NCBI GenBank assembly: GCA_045647355.1
Contig: JAZRMF010000001.1
Location: 81,714-145,713, forward strand
DNA from: Candidatus Enterousia sp.
GTDB lineage: Bacteria; Pseudomonadota; Alphaproteobacteria; Rs-D84
Direction of reading: 5' to 3'
DNA: 64,000 nt
In this document: positions 47,304 through 59,892 of the stretch, one piece after another
How positions within the stretch are numbered: the first letter of the stretch is position 1
How the letters are laid out: each line of letters begins with the position of its first letter
The notes under the pieces: generated by a model
What the model saw: the letters and a program-made list of their open reading frames with translations, nothing else
Told to the model about the DNA's origin: nothing
The model's database searches: none
Program-made: the position numbers and the translations under genes

Positions 47304-48233
47304 ATGAAAACACCGTGGTGGTTTTTGCATAAAACACCGTTGGCATTTTTGTTGTTGCCAATTGCGTGGGTTTATTATTTTATTTCACGTCTTGTGTTCA
47401 CGTGGCGTCGTATGTTTGCGTATAAATCACGTCGCAAGGTTGTTTGCATTGGTGGGTTGTTGGCTGGCGGTGTTGGAAAAACACCAATCGTTCGTGCGAT
47501 TGCAAATTATTTGGATGCGCCGGTTGTTATGCGCGGTTATAAACGTACAGCCAGTACCAGTAATATCGGGGACGAGGCCGCAATGTTAATGTCTGATGGT
47601 ATCGCGGTGCATGTCGGACACAGAAAAAGCAATATAATGTTATTGGACAGGCAATTAAATGAAAAAGGTCCGATTTTAATGGATGACGGTTTGCAAAATC
47701 CACTTATTAAAAAAGATATTTCTATTTTAGTTTTTGACCAAATGATTGGTTTCGGAAATGGGTTTTTATTACCGGCGGGGCCACTGCGTGAACCAAAGCG
47801 CAAGGCAAAAAAAGCGGATGCAATTATTGTTATAAAAAACGCCAAGAATAGTAAAAGAAAATTTAAATTGCCGGATGACCTGCCGGTGTTTTATGCAGAA
47901 AATAAAACAATATCGCCATATGGTAAAAACGTGCGTGTATTCGCATTTGCGGGAATTGGATATCCAAAAAAGTTTTTTAAAGCCCTGGATGGTTTGGTTG
48001 GGCATCGTGCCTTTGGTGACCATTATCAATATACAAATGATGATATAGCCGAACTTAAAAAAATCGCGACCCGCAAAAAGGCAAAACTTGTTACCACAGA
48101 AAAAGACTGGGTTCGGTTAGCGCAAGACATTAGAAAAGATATAAAATATGCAAAATTGGAAACCGTATTGGACCCAAAGTTTTTTGATTGGTTAAAGGAG
48201 AAATTAAATGCCGACAGTAAAAAAACAAATTAA
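47304..48233 (+). CDS. lpxK: Tetraacyldisaccharide 4'-kinase
   Basis: IGGLLAGGVGKTP, RGYK, GDEA, MDDGLQ, LPAGPLREP, FAGIGYP, FGDHY and TTEKD. Confidence 0.95.
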   Translation: MKTPWWFLHKTPLAFLLLPIAWVYYFISRLVFTWRRMFAYKSRRKVVCIGGLLAGGVGKTPIVRAIANYLDAPVVMRGYKRTASTSNIGDEAAMLMSDGIAVHVGHRKSNIMLLDRQLNEKGPILMDDGLQNPLIKKDISILVFDQMIGFGNGFLLPAGPLREPKRKAKKADAIIVIKNAKNSKRKFKLPDDLPVFYAENKTISPYGKNVRVFAFAGIGYPKKFFKALDGLVGHRAFGDHYQYTNDDIAELKKIATRKKAKLVTTEKDWVRLAQDIRKDIKYAKLETVLDPKFFDWLKEKLNADSKKTN

Positions 48234-49143
48234 GTTTTCTGGGGTTGGTATTCATTCGGGACTGCCGGTCAATATGGTTATAAAGCCATCAAAAGAACGT
48301 GGTGTTTTTTTCCGTCGTGTTGATATGGAAAATAATAAAATTCTTGCATCATTTGATAATGTTGGCGATACAAAGATGCGTAATACAACGATTGGTTCTT
48401 TGTCCGCGGCGCATGTTAAAACAGTTGAACATTTGATGGCGGCATTATTTATCGCGGGTGTGGACAGTGCGATTGTTGAAATTAATGGTGCCGAAACCCC
48501 GATACTGGATGGCAGCGCGATTGAATTTTACAATGCTATAATCAATGGTGGTGTCACAGATGGCAAAATGAAGCGGGTAATTGTGCGGCGACCGGTTATT
48601 GTTACCGCGCGTCAGGCATTGCGCCAGGTTTCATTTTTTACGCGCATGAAAATATACATTATGAATTTGTTGTCCGGTCGCAAGACAGATGGGTTTGTGA
48701 AACTGGCGCCATGTGATAATAACAGTTTGAATATTTGTGCTACGTTGGTGTATAAAGAAAAAATAATAGGCACACAAAGTTATTCTTATTCTTTTGATGG
48801 AACCCAAAAATCTATAAATAATTTTGTTAAAAATATTGCCCGCGCAAGAACGTTTGGAAAATATTCTGAATGGGAATATTTGAAAGCGCATGGCATGGCG
48901 CGTGGTGCAAATGAAAACAATATTATCGCGTTAAATGATACTGGGGATGCGACATTGAACAAGGTTTTTTGGCCGGATGAATTTGTGCGTCATAAAATTA
49001 TAGATGCAATTGGTGATATGTTTACGTCTGGGGGTATTGTAATCGGAAATTTAGAATCATACAAGGGCAGTCATGCCATGAATAACATGGTCCTTAAAAA
49101 GTTGTTTAGTAATCCAGACAATTATGGTATAATTGATGCATAA
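48208..49143 (+). CDS. lpxC: UDP-3-O-acyl-N-acetylglucosamine deacetylase
   Basis: GVGIHSG, TVEHLMAAL, E.PILDGSA, ARTFG and HKIIDAIGD. Confidence 0.95.
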   Translation: MPTVKKQIKFSGVGIHSGLPVNMVIKPSKERGVFFRRVDMENNKILASFDNVGDTKMRNTTIGSLSAAHVKTVEHLMAALFIAGVDSAIVEINGAETPILDGSAIEFYNAIINGGVTDGKMKRVIVRRPVIVTARQALRQVSFFTRMKIYIMNLLSGRKTDGFVKLAPCDNNSLNICATLVYKEKIIGTQSYSYSFDGTQKSINNFVKNIARARTFGKYSEWEYLKAHGMARGANENNIIALNDTGDATLNKVFWPDEFVRHKIIDAIGDMFTSGGIVIGNLESYKGSHAMNNMVLKKLFSNPDNYGIIDA

Positions 49144-49163
49144 AATAAAAAAGGAAGGAAGGG

Positions 49164-49604
49164 ATGAAAAAATATTTGGCTTTGGTATTTGCCGCATTGG
49201 TTATGGTGGGATGTGGTGGATATATAAAAAATGAAAACGGCAGCGAATATATTAAACAATTAGATGGCGAGCCAATTGGTTGTACGTTTTTGTACAAAAT
49301 CGAATCCGAGGTTTCTGTCTATGACCAAGATGATGCGCGCAGATATCTTGAAAACCGTATCGCAGACCAGGCGCGTCCAGGTAATGCATATTGGATTACC
49401 AGTGAACGTACAAAACCAAATGAATGGGTGGTCTTTGGTCCAGAACGCAGTTTCATATTTGTCGCAAATGTTTATGATTGCCCAAATGTGTTGAATGTTC
49501 GTACGGCCCGATCTGACCAGCCGATGCCGGAATCAGACATTAAAAAGTGTAACAGCAGCATGTTCTATGGTGTTGCACCGGGTGGATGTGTAAACAATCA
49601 ATAA
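49164..49604 (+). CDS. Putative lipoprotein (DUF4156-like)
   Basis: Lipobox LVMVGC; GCTFL..I..., GN...., VYDCP. Confidence 0.55.
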   Translation: MKKYLALVFAALVMVGCGGYIKNENGSEYIKQLDGEPIGCTFLYKIESEVSVYDQDDARRYLENRIADQARPGNAYWITSERTKPNEWVVFGPERSFIFVANVYDCPNVLNVRTARSDQPMPESDIKKCNSSMFYGVAPGGCVNNQ

Positions 49605-49621
49605 TTAGAAAAATAAAAAAT

Positions 49622-49650
49622 AAGGCCGTTATTTATATAACGGCTTTTTT
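49622..49650 (+). terminator. Terminator
   Basis: GCCGTTAT-TTAT-ATAACGGC-TTTTTT. Confidence 0.75.
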
Positions 49651-49714
49651 TACACTGGAATTAATTTGTCGTTTTATGTTATAATTCTATCACGATAGGT
49701 ATCGGAGAGAGAAT

Positions 49715-50977
49715 TTGTCTGGACAATATGTACATGTTAAACGGAAAAAATATGCCGCTGGACTGCTGTGGCAGCCCATGGTTGCGGGCTTTACTGCGCG
49801 TGCGTATGCGTATAAATTGGCACGTGGAATTGACAGACGTTTAAATCGATATATTGCATATTCGGGGATGATTGGACTGGGCGCGCGTTCAAGTGGTCAG
49901 CGGTCTGGCATGCCATCAATTGCGGCCGAAATCATAGAATCTTTGCCAGGATATGCGTCTATGCTTTGTGCGTTTCATGTTGATGGTAAATATGTTCTGG
50001 TTGCGGTAAGAAATGGCGTTATATTGCATGATGCTTTGTTTGATAATGAATCAGAAGCACGTGAAAAATACGCAGAGTTAACGGATATTCCGGATTGGAA
50101 TGCGTTAATTGCGCCGGCAGAATGGGGAATGCCACGTGCAGTTGAACGTGAGTTAAGTGAATTACTATCTGGAAATAATCATGGTGTGTTGCGTCCAATC
50201 AGTCGTATGGGGGCCGGTGCAATATCTTTCTTGATGTTGGCATTGTTTGTAATGTTGTTCATTTATCTGTTTCGTGACCCAATAAATCAAATGTTTACAC
50301 CTACGCCCCAGGTTGCAAAAATAAATCCAGAATTGGCCGAAGAGTACAAGCGTCAAATAGAGGAAAAAAATAAAGAATTAGATAAAGAATATGATATGCG
50401 CCAAGAACCGGTCAAAGAACCGCTTGTTATGCCGTTTGATTCTTTGCCCGACCCAATAGAACGTGCAGAATTGTGCTATAAAGCAATAGGTTTTTTGATG
50501 CAGCCTGTAACTGGGTGGGTTCAGGTTTCGTCCGAATGTGATGAAGAATATGTGCATGCGGTATTCAGACGTTCGTTTGGGACGTTGGATGATTTTTATG
50601 CCGTTGCGGCGGATATTATGCCTGGGGTTTTTGTTCAAGAAATAAATGATAATGAAATATCGGTTAGGGCAAAGTTACCACAGCGTGTACCAGTATCATC
50701 ACGCGATGAACGCGATGCGGACACGGTTGTACGCGAATTGACCAGCAGATTCCAGGCAATAAAACTGGATGTGAATATGAATATCGTATCGGATGTTATT
50801 TCAAATGCAACAGAATCTGCCGAAATATATGTTGTCGAAGTATCCGCAGAATCAAAAATGATACCGTACGAGTTTATGCAAATCTTTGATGGTTTTGGTG
50901 GTGTGTACATGACCAAGGTGTCATGGAATATGATAAAAAAAATCTGGAACTATGAGGTGATAATCTATGCAAACTAA
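49715..50977 (+). CDS. Type IVb pilus accessory protein PilO-like
   Basis: KYAAGLLWQ N-terminus typical of PilO2, central TM; TTG start after GGAGAG; first gene of a pilOPQR-like block. Confidence 0.6.
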   Translation: MSGQYVHVKRKKYAAGLLWQPMVAGFTARAYAYKLARGIDRRLNRYIAYSGMIGLGARSSGQRSGMPSIAAEIIESLPGYASMLCAFHVDGKYVLVAVRNGVILHDALFDNESEAREKYAELTDIPDWNALIAPAEWGMPRAVERELSELLSGNNHGVLRPISRMGAGAISFLMLALFVMLFIYLFRDPINQMFTPTPQVAKINPELAEEYKRQIEEKNKELDKEYDMRQEPVKEPLVMPFDSLPDPIERAELCYKAIGFLMQPVTGWVQVSSECDEEYVHAVFRRSFGTLDDFYAVAADIMPGVFVQEINDNEISVRAKLPQRVPVSSRDERDADTVVRELTSRFQAIKLDVNMNIVSDVISNATESAEIYVVEVSAESKMIPYEFMQIFDGFGGVYMTKVSWNMIKKIWNYEVIIYAN

Positions 50978-51701
50978 AATAAAAATGTTGTTCTTTATCT
51001 TTATCATGGGGGTTGCATCTGTGGCACATGCGGGTGAACCAACCGAATTTGATAACGTTATTGATGTTATCGAATCTGTGAATTCTGATGCCGAAATAAA
51101 TGACGGTATATCGGCTGATGCCATTGAAGATTATCAAATCGAAGGTTCTTTGTTTCAACAAATCACCGATTTGGAACAGGAAAAAGTTTTAATGCAATTG
51201 GAAAAAGAACGTGCGCAATTAAACCTGGATTTGGATAGGCTGGCGGCGGAAAAAATTAAATTGCATATGGAAATTGATACTTTGTCTGGACGTGCAGAAC
51301 AGCAACAGCAAGAATTTGAAACAGAACGGGTTCGTCTAGAGGCCGAAGCCAAACGTTTGGAAAAAGAAAAAGAGGCATTGGATACAAATCAACCAGCAAT
51401 TGGTGCATTGACCGCGGCGGCGGCTTCGTCTGCGAAAAAATCATTTATTGCCGAAGATGTTCCAGAAACAGAAATCACAAAGAAGTATAAACTGCTTAAT
51501 GTATTTGGTGCAGGCGACCAATTGCAGGCGACAATCCAAGAATTGTCAAATGGTCAAAACAAACGTATAAGTGTTGGTAAAGATATTGATGGGTTCATTG
51601 TGAAGTCAATATCATTAGATGAAGGTGTTGTGTTTATCAAAGATGGAGAAACACAGACACTTAATGTTGGTGGTCAAAACAAGGCAGATTTGACGAAATG
51701 A
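50967..51701 (+). CDS. Type IVb pilus biogenesis protein PilP-like
   Basis: Signal peptide, coiled coil, C-terminal beta domain (VFGAGDQLQATI...VKSISLDEGV); lies between the PilO-like gene and the ATPase. Confidence 0.5.
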   Translation: MQTKIKMLFFIFIMGVASVAHAGEPTEFDNVIDVIESVNSDAEINDGISADAIEDYQIEGSLFQQITDLEQEKVLMQLEKERAQLNLDLDRLAAEKIKLHMEIDTLSGRAEQQQQEFETERVRLEAEAKRLEKEKEALDTNQPAIGALTAAAASSAKKSFIAEDVPETEITKKYKLLNVFGAGDQLQATIQELSNGQNKRISVGKDIDGFIVKSISLDEGVVFIKDGETQTLNVGGQNKADLTK

Positions 51702-53335
51702 AAACAGAAGACACAGGTATTATGGATGTTTTGCCAAATTCCAAAAAACCGTCGGTTCCGGCGGGGTTGGAACATGCCGATAACAAGGATATCATAGAAT
51801 ACCTTTTTTCTGAAGATAATAAATTGTTGACTGCGCCAGGTGGCGAATTTGAATTGCCCAAGGAAACGCAAGGGCTGTTGGCATACTTTTCTGGTGGGTG
51901 CATTGTGATTTCGCGAACCCACAAATATGATGGACGGGTATTGGCTTTTCTAGATTTATTGGCGCGAAAAAATCGGCCGGTTCGCCTGCCGTTTTATTCA
52001 GATTTGGGTTTGGTTTCGGCAATCTATAAATACTATGAAAACCAATTGGGGGATACGGTAAAATCGCGGTTTGATTATAACAATCAAATGCAAAAAGACT
52101 TTGTCGATATTGTCGCACGTGCCGCGGCACAAAAAGTATCTGATATTCATATCGAAGTCGCAGACCAAACAACAATATATTTTCGTATCGATGGCAGTAT
52201 GCAACCTGTATTGGAATTTAATTCCAGTTGGGGCGAATCTTTTGTTCGTGCCGCATTTGCATCGGCGGATATTTCAAATGCAAACTATGCGCAAAATGAA
52301 TATCAATCTGCGCAAAAAGATGGTCGTACACCGTTGCGTGGAACCAAGGATTTATATTTGCCCCAAGGGGTACTTAGTATAAGAATGCAATTTAATCCGA
52401 TTGCGTTTGGTTCGCGATATGTTGTTATGCGATTGCTGTATGATAATCCGTCTGAAAACATAACAACAGAACAAGAGTTTGGAAAATATGAACAACGGTT
52501 GCTGCATCGTCTGCGTTCCTATCCAACCGGTTTGGTTGTTGTTGCGGGTCCAACCAGTTCAGGGAAGTCAACGACACTTGTTCGTAATATGGTTTTGATG
52601 TTAAAAGAACATCATTATGAAATTAACCTTATAACTGTGGAAGACCCGGTTGAACAGAAAATATTCGGTGCGCATCAAATCCCGGTGGTTAATACCGCAA
52701 CCGAAGAACAACGTGAATCCGAATATACCGAAGCATTGGCCGCTGCATTGCGCAGTGACCCTGATACATTGATGGTCGGTGAAATAAGAACGCTTGCCGC
52801 CGCACAATTAACGGTCAAAGGCGCATTGTCTGGGCATAATGTTTGGACAACATTGCATGCAAATTCCGCGATGGCGGCATTGGTCCGTTTGTTGGATATG
52901 GGGGTCGAGGCATTTAAGTTAAAAGAAGAAACCATGATGCGCGGTCTTGTTTCAATGCGTTTGTTTAAACGTTTGTGTCCACATTGTCGTGAACATTTGG
53001 CCCAGCATCCAGAACTTTCGGAATATAATCGTGTGATGGATGCCTTTGGCGAAGTCGGCCTTAAACAAGTATATGTTCGCGGGCAGGGTTGTGAACATTG
53101 TGGTGGAACCGGAACACATGGGCGTATCAAGGCCGGAGAAATTATTATTACAAACAGTGAATTTTTAAAACTTGCACTTGCGGGCGATACCGATGCGGCG
53201 GTGAAATACTGGCTTGAAGAAATGGATGGTCGCACGTTGAAAGAGGCGGCATCAGAATTGATGTTGCGCGGCATAATCGGTGTTGATGAATTGGAACGTT
53301 GGGTTGGTTTGTTGGATAGGCCAGGGGTTTATTAA
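51698..53335 (+). CDS. GspE/PilQ-family pilus assembly ATPase
   Basis: SDIHIE, FRIDG, GPTSSGKST, TVEDPVE, ALRSDPD.LMVGEIR, TLHANS and CPHC...CEHC. Confidence 0.92.
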   Translation: MKTEDTGIMDVLPNSKKPSVPAGLEHADNKDIIEYLFSEDNKLLTAPGGEFELPKETQGLLAYFSGGCIVISRTHKYDGRVLAFLDLLARKNRPVRLPFYSDLGLVSAIYKYYENQLGDTVKSRFDYNNQMQKDFVDIVARAAAQKVSDIHIEVADQTTIYFRIDGSMQPVLEFNSSWGESFVRAAFASADISNANYAQNEYQSAQKDGRTPLRGTKDLYLPQGVLSIRMQFNPIAFGSRYVVMRLLYDNPSENITTEQEFGKYEQRLLHRLRSYPTGLVVVAGPTSSGKSTTLVRNMVLMLKEHHYEINLITVEDPVEQKIFGAHQIPVVNTATEEQRESEYTEALAAALRSDPDTLMVGEIRTLAAAQLTVKGALSGHNVWTTLHANSAMAALVRLLDMGVEAFKLKEETMMRGLVSMRLFKRLCPHCREHLAQHPELSEYNRVMDAFGEVGLKQVYVRGQGCEHCGGTGTHGRIKAGEIIITNSEFLKLALAGDTDAAVKYWLEEMDGRTLKEAASELMLRGIIGVDELERWVGLLDRPGVY

Positions 53336-53340
53336 AGACA

Positions 53341-54411
53341 ATGAATAAACTTGAAAGACTTTATGCAAAATTAATTTGCAGATTCAGTCGTGACAAGCGC
53401 ATTACCATTTGGCGCAAGTTGGTTTCATTACTTAAAAATGATTTTACATTGGTTGATGCCTTGAACCGTATCCAGATGATTGAATCGCGTGGTGGCGCAA
53501 AACCAAACGAACCATTTGCGATATGTATGCGCGAATGGGAAAAGAATTTGGAACGTGGACTTAGTTTTTCCGAAGCAACCCGTGGTTGGATTCCCGCCGA
53601 AGAGACATTGTTATTAACATCTGGGAATATGTCGAGTTTGGTTGTTGCATTAGAAAACGTAAGCAAAATAATCATTGCCAATAAACGTATCAGTGGCGCG
53701 GTATTCAGTGCGATTGCATATCCGTTATTGCTGTTGGTGTTGGTTATTGGAATAATTATTATGGTCGGTATTTATCTTGTTCCACCCTTGGCCGAGGTTG
53801 CCGGTGATTCAATGGTTTGGACGGGGGGCGCCGCGACGTTAATATGGATGTCTGGTATAGCAAGTCGTTATTGGCACATAATTGCAATATCTTTTGTCGC
53901 GTTGGGTATAATTATCGCATGGTCTTTGCCGCGATGGGCGGGGCGTATTCGTGCGGCATTTGACAAGTTCCCACCATGGAATATTTATAAAATACGTTTA
54001 TCGGTCAGTTGGATGATGTCACTTGCGGCGATGGTTTCGTCTGGGGTTGCGATTCCAAATGCGATGAGAATGCTTGCCGATAATTCAAATAGGTATTTAC
54101 GGAAAATTTTGGAAGAAACGTTACATTATATTGCCAACGGTGATAATTTGGGTGACGCGTTGCAAAATACAGGAATGGATTTTCCAAACCAAGAATTAAT
54201 TGGCGATTTAACAATTTATGCCGATATGAATGATTTTGATGTTAACCTGGGGCAGATTTCAAATGACTATCTGGAAAATTCGGTCAAGAAAATAGAATCT
54301 GTATCAAATGCATTAAATAGTGTTGGTGTTTTATTAATTACCGCGGTCATTGCATGGGTTGTACTTGGCACCTTTCAGATGCAAGACCAGATTACGGCGT
54401 TCCTGTCATAG
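53341..54411 (+). CDS. Type II secretion F family platform protein (PilR-like)
   Basis: Two T2SSF repeats, AIAYP TM segments, LGDALQ..G..FP; follows the ATPase. Confidence 0.85.
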   Translation: MNKLERLYAKLICRFSRDKRITIWRKLVSLLKNDFTLVDALNRIQMIESRGGAKPNEPFAICMREWEKNLERGLSFSEATRGWIPAEETLLLTSGNMSSLVVALENVSKIIIANKRISGAVFSAIAYPLLLLVLVIGIIIMVGIYLVPPLAEVAGDSMVWTGGAATLIWMSGIASRYWHIIAISFVALGIIIAWSLPRWAGRIRAAFDKFPPWNIYKIRLSVSWMMSLAAMVSSGVAIPNAMRMLADNSNRYLRKILEETLHYIANGDNLGDALQNTGMDFPNQELIGDLTIYADMNDFDVNLGQISNDYLENSVKKIESVSNALNSVGVLLITAVIAWVVLGTFQMQDQITAFLS

Positions 54412-54423
54412 TTTACATATTAT

Positions 54424-54465
54424 TTGAAGTTTTACCTGTTTTTTGATACAATAAAAGTATCAAAA
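54424..54465 (+). promoter_or_regulatory. Promoter with overlapping palindromic operator
   Basis: TTGAAG-17-TACAAT; IR TTTTGATAC-N7-GTATCAAAA (54441-54465) over the -10/+1 region. Confidence 0.5.
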
Positions 54466-54475
54466 GAGGCAGAAA

Positions 54476-55363
54476 ATGGATAAATATAAATTTAATAGCA
54501 GTGGTAATGAATTACTGGAATTAATGGCAATTGTTGTTAATATTATCGGCGACGCGCCATGGGAGGCAGATTTCTTTTTCAATGAAAAATATTCGTTACT
54601 GGCACGCGAAAATGCAATTCGAAGTTCGCGTATTCATAGTAATGCGGAAGATTTTGTAAAAATGGCAAATCGTCTTGTGCACCGGGAACCAGATATAATT
54701 CAAGATGCCCAAAAAATTGTTACGATGTTTCAAGATACAAATGATTTAGAAGGACAAAAGGTTCTGTTTAATATATTAAAAGAAATTGATAAAAGAAAAC
54801 TTGCCGATGGTGTCAATAAATCCAATATAAAAAGGATATATTCTCATTTCCTTTATAATAGAGGTTATGCAAGTAGTGGTTTTCGTGTGAATGTTCCCGA
54901 GATAAATAAATATCTACTTATAAAACTTTTGGAATCAGAAAGTCCAGACAAGGAAGATTTTCAGATTTTGGCGCATAATGCAGAAAGTTTAGGAATTCCA
55001 GATGAAGACGTAGAAAAGATTTATAAAATGTTAAAGCATAAGTATGAATCTGACCGTGATTATCTTGGTAAAATAAATTATCCGGAGAGATTGGCACAAA
55101 TACAAAAATCTTTTGCGCCCGTCCAGGAAAGATTAGAGGTAAAAAAACAACAGGCCCAGCAGGCGCAATCGGTACAAACATCGGAAGAATACGAACCGAA
55201 AACATTGGAAGAGGCGTTGGCATTGATACGGCAACTTAGGGAAGAAAATGGAAACCTTAAAAAACGAAATGCGGTATTAGACGGTATAATCAAAGCCAGC
55301 CAATTGCAGAACCAAGGGGGCAGAAATAATTATGTTCCCCCAGAGTTAGTACAGACTATATAA
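54476..55363 (+). CDS. Hypothetical protein (295 aa) with C-terminal coiled coil
   Basis: AAGAGG SD, own promoter and terminator. Confidence 0.8.
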   Translation: MDKYKFNSSGNELLELMAIVVNIIGDAPWEADFFFNEKYSLLARENAIRSSRIHSNAEDFVKMANRLVHREPDIIQDAQKIVTMFQDTNDLEGQKVLFNILKEIDKRKLADGVNKSNIKRIYSHFLYNRGYASSGFRVNVPEINKYLLIKLLESESPDKEDFQILAHNAESLGIPDEDVEKIYKMLKHKYESDRDYLGKINYPERLAQIQKSFAPVQERLEVKKQQAQQAQSVQTSEEYEPKTLEEALALIRQLREENGNLKKRNAVLDGIIKASQLQNQGGRNNYVPPELVQTI

Positions 55364-55394
55364 AAAACACCGGATAATTTATCCGGTGTTTTTT
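55362..55394. terminator. Bidirectional terminator
   Basis: AAAAAACACCGGAT...ATCCGGTGTTTTTT between convergent genes. Confidence 0.85.
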
Positions 55395-55411
55395 ATTTCT
55401 CGGTTTTATAC

Positions 55412-55984
55412 CTATACCATAAATGGCAGGTTTTCCAGTGTTCCTTCGGCGACACGCATATTAACGTCTATCATCAGAAATACACAATCGGGACTGATGT
55501 TTGCAATATCTTGGTTGAACATGTGTGTGGATAGCAAGTGGCTTGTGTTCACCGATATCTTGGTAATCAAATGGTCGTCATCCAACAACGTATAAATCGG
55601 CCCGGCATCGCGTGGAACATTTTGACCGATTTCATGTTCATTTTGCGGACAACGCAATCCATCAAATAATGTCTTGATACGATTATCAATATCAGAACGT
55701 GGTACACCAACAATTTCTGGGTGCAACATTTGAATATCCAATTCCGCAATAAGTTTTAATTTTGGGGTAATAATTGGATTCCAATCTATGCCACCAATAT
55801 GGCGCGTGGTAATCGGACTTTTTGTTGCATCTGGTGCCATATATTGTTTCAAGTTATCCCACGGCTGGTGTTCGACCAGTTTTTTTAATTGTGGGTGGAA
55901 TTGCATGCGGATATCAGATATATGTTGGGCACGTTTTTTCGGGTTAACCAATATTTCGCCAAAATAGATTAATTTAAATTTCAT
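55412..55984 (-). CDS. RusA-like nuclease-fold protein
   Basis: SDIDNRIKTLFDGL and LLDDDHLIT resemble the RusA DxDNxxKxxxD and DD motifs. Confidence 0.5.
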   Translation of the reverse strand: MKFKLIYFGEILVNPKKRAQHISDIRMQFHPQLKKLVEHQPWDNLKQYMAPDATKSPITTRHIGGIDWNPIITPKLKLIAELDIQMLHPEIVGVPRSDIDNRIKTLFDGLRCPQNEHEIGQNVPRDAGPIYTLLDDDHLITKISVNTSHLLSTHMFNQDIANISPDCVFLMIDVNMRVAEGTLENLPFMV

Positions 55985-56112
55985 TTTTCTGCCTCTTGGG
56001 TATGATATTGTTGTTTAACTTGTTGATAATAGCAGATAATTATATGGTTTGCTGTTTTTGGGTCTCATAATGGTCTGCTATGTTTAAATTTCCTTTATTT
56101 TTTCCTTTTTCT

Positions 56113-56141
56113 TTGACAATTATAGCATAATTTGCTATCTT
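56113..56141 (+). promoter_or_regulatory. gyrB promoter
   Basis: TTGACA-17-TATCTT with extended -10; ATAGCA-N5-TGCTAT palindrome in the spacer. Confidence 0.55.
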
Positions 56142-56146
56142 TTTGA

Positions 56147-58570
<2,424 letters not shown>

Positions 58571-58573
58571 GAT

Positions 58574-59242
58574 ATGACAAAGTCCGATGAATTTCGTCGT
58601 GCTGCGGCATATACCAAGGCGCTTTCGCGTATATCGTTAAGTGCCGGTGCGAATTCGGTCGTTGATAATAATCGTCTGCCACGTATGTCGAGCGACAGCA
58701 AGATTGTAATGACAGATGACGTTTATCAGACATTGAAAATTGTTGGTGAAGTCACAAACGAAACTGGTGCCGAAGTTCCATTTTTATTATTTGGACATAG
58801 TGAAGGGCAATCTGTTTTTTTTGATAGGGTTATTGCAGATAGGTCTGGGTCAAACAATGGAACAGAAGCCGTTTTTACAGAGGCACAAGAACGAGAGTTG
58901 GTGTCTTTTTGTAGAGCCGCTGAAAAATCTGAAAATAAGATTATCGCGCATGGACATTCACACCCACGGATTGGCCCTGGATATCTAAACTATTCTCTTG
59001 GTGATATAAATGCGTATATAGGTTTACGTGAAGATAATGAATTTATCAAGAACAATGTGGATGTTTGTGGTTGTTTGGTAACTGGCGGAAATTACAATTT
59101 TGTTTTCTTTGATGGAAACGACACATACAGATTTGATAATGTTTTTGTATCGGATAAAAATGGCAAAATGATGCGTCTGCAGGCTTTTGGCCCAGATGTA
59201 ATGTCACAACAATATGGAAGATCTAATAACGCTAGGCGATAA
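58574..59242 (+). CDS. JAB/MPN (JAMM) domain protein
   Basis: Catalytic Glu (GAEVPF) and HGHSHPRIGPGYLNYSLGD matching HxH-x-S-xx-D. Confidence 0.65.
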   Translation: MTKSDEFRRAAAYTKALSRISLSAGANSVVDNNRLPRMSSDSKIVMTDDVYQTLKIVGEVTNETGAEVPFLLFGHSEGQSVFFDRVIADRSGSNNGTEAVFTEAQERELVSFCRAAEKSENKIIAHGHSHPRIGPGYLNYSLGDINAYIGLREDNEFIKNNVDVCGCLVTGGNYNFVFFDGNDTYRFDNVFVSDKNGKMMRLQAFGPDVMSQQYGRSNNARR

Positions 59243-59243
59243 T

Positions 59244-59882
59244 ATGTTTGATGCCAATTGGTTCTTTGATTTGGAAAAACAGATTCGCAGCATGGGCGCG
59301 GATAGTGACGATCAGTCTTTCGATGAAATTCGTGAAATATTGGCGAATCCGCGGAAATTTTCATCGGATGATTTTGCGACTATGTGTGCATATGTAATCT
59401 TGGCCGGTGGATTTTCACAAAAGACCGCAAAACGTATTCACAAAAATATTATGGAGTATATCCATAAAAATGGGGCAGGCTTTGATGGCCTGTTTCAATT
59501 GTTTCATAATAAAAATAAAATAAACGCAATTTGTGAAATATGGAAAAATCGTAATGCGTTGTGCGATGGTTTTTATGCGTGCAATAGTGATGACGAGAAG
59601 ATAAAATATCTTGCGACTTTGCCACATATCGGCAAAATTACTGCGAATCATTTGGCACGAAATCTTGGTGTGGATGTGGTTAAATATGATGTTTGGATAC
59701 GGCGTTTGGGCGCGCTATACGCCGGAATCTGTGGCATAGACGAACATGGTAAATTAACAGATACTGTTAAAAATGCATGTGATGATATGTTTACACATTT
59801 GGTAAATGAAACAGGGTTGCCACGTGGATATATCGATGTTGTGTTGTGGAAGGCTTTGCAGATTGGGTTGATAAAATTATAG
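59244..59882 (+). CDS. HhH-GPD superfamily DNA glycosylase-like protein
   Basis: LATLPHIGKITANHLARNLG HhH motif followed by KYDVWIRR; C-terminal IDVVLW. Confidence 0.65.
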   Translation: MFDANWFFDLEKQIRSMGADSDDQSFDEIREILANPRKFSSDDFATMCAYVILAGGFSQKTAKRIHKNIMEYIHKNGAGFDGLFQLFHNKNKINAICEIWKNRNALCDGFYACNSDDEKIKYLATLPHIGKITANHLARNLGVDVVKYDVWIRRLGALYAGICGIDEHGKLTDTVKNACDDMFTHLVNETGLPRGYIDVVLWKALQIGLIKL

Positions 59883-59892
59883 GGTGGATACG

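Noticed and set aside
56010-56070. 17-codon minus-strand ORF (MRPKNSKPYNYLLLSTS) upstream of the RusA-like gene
   Set aside because: No well-spaced SD, no downstream terminator and no informative codon bias.
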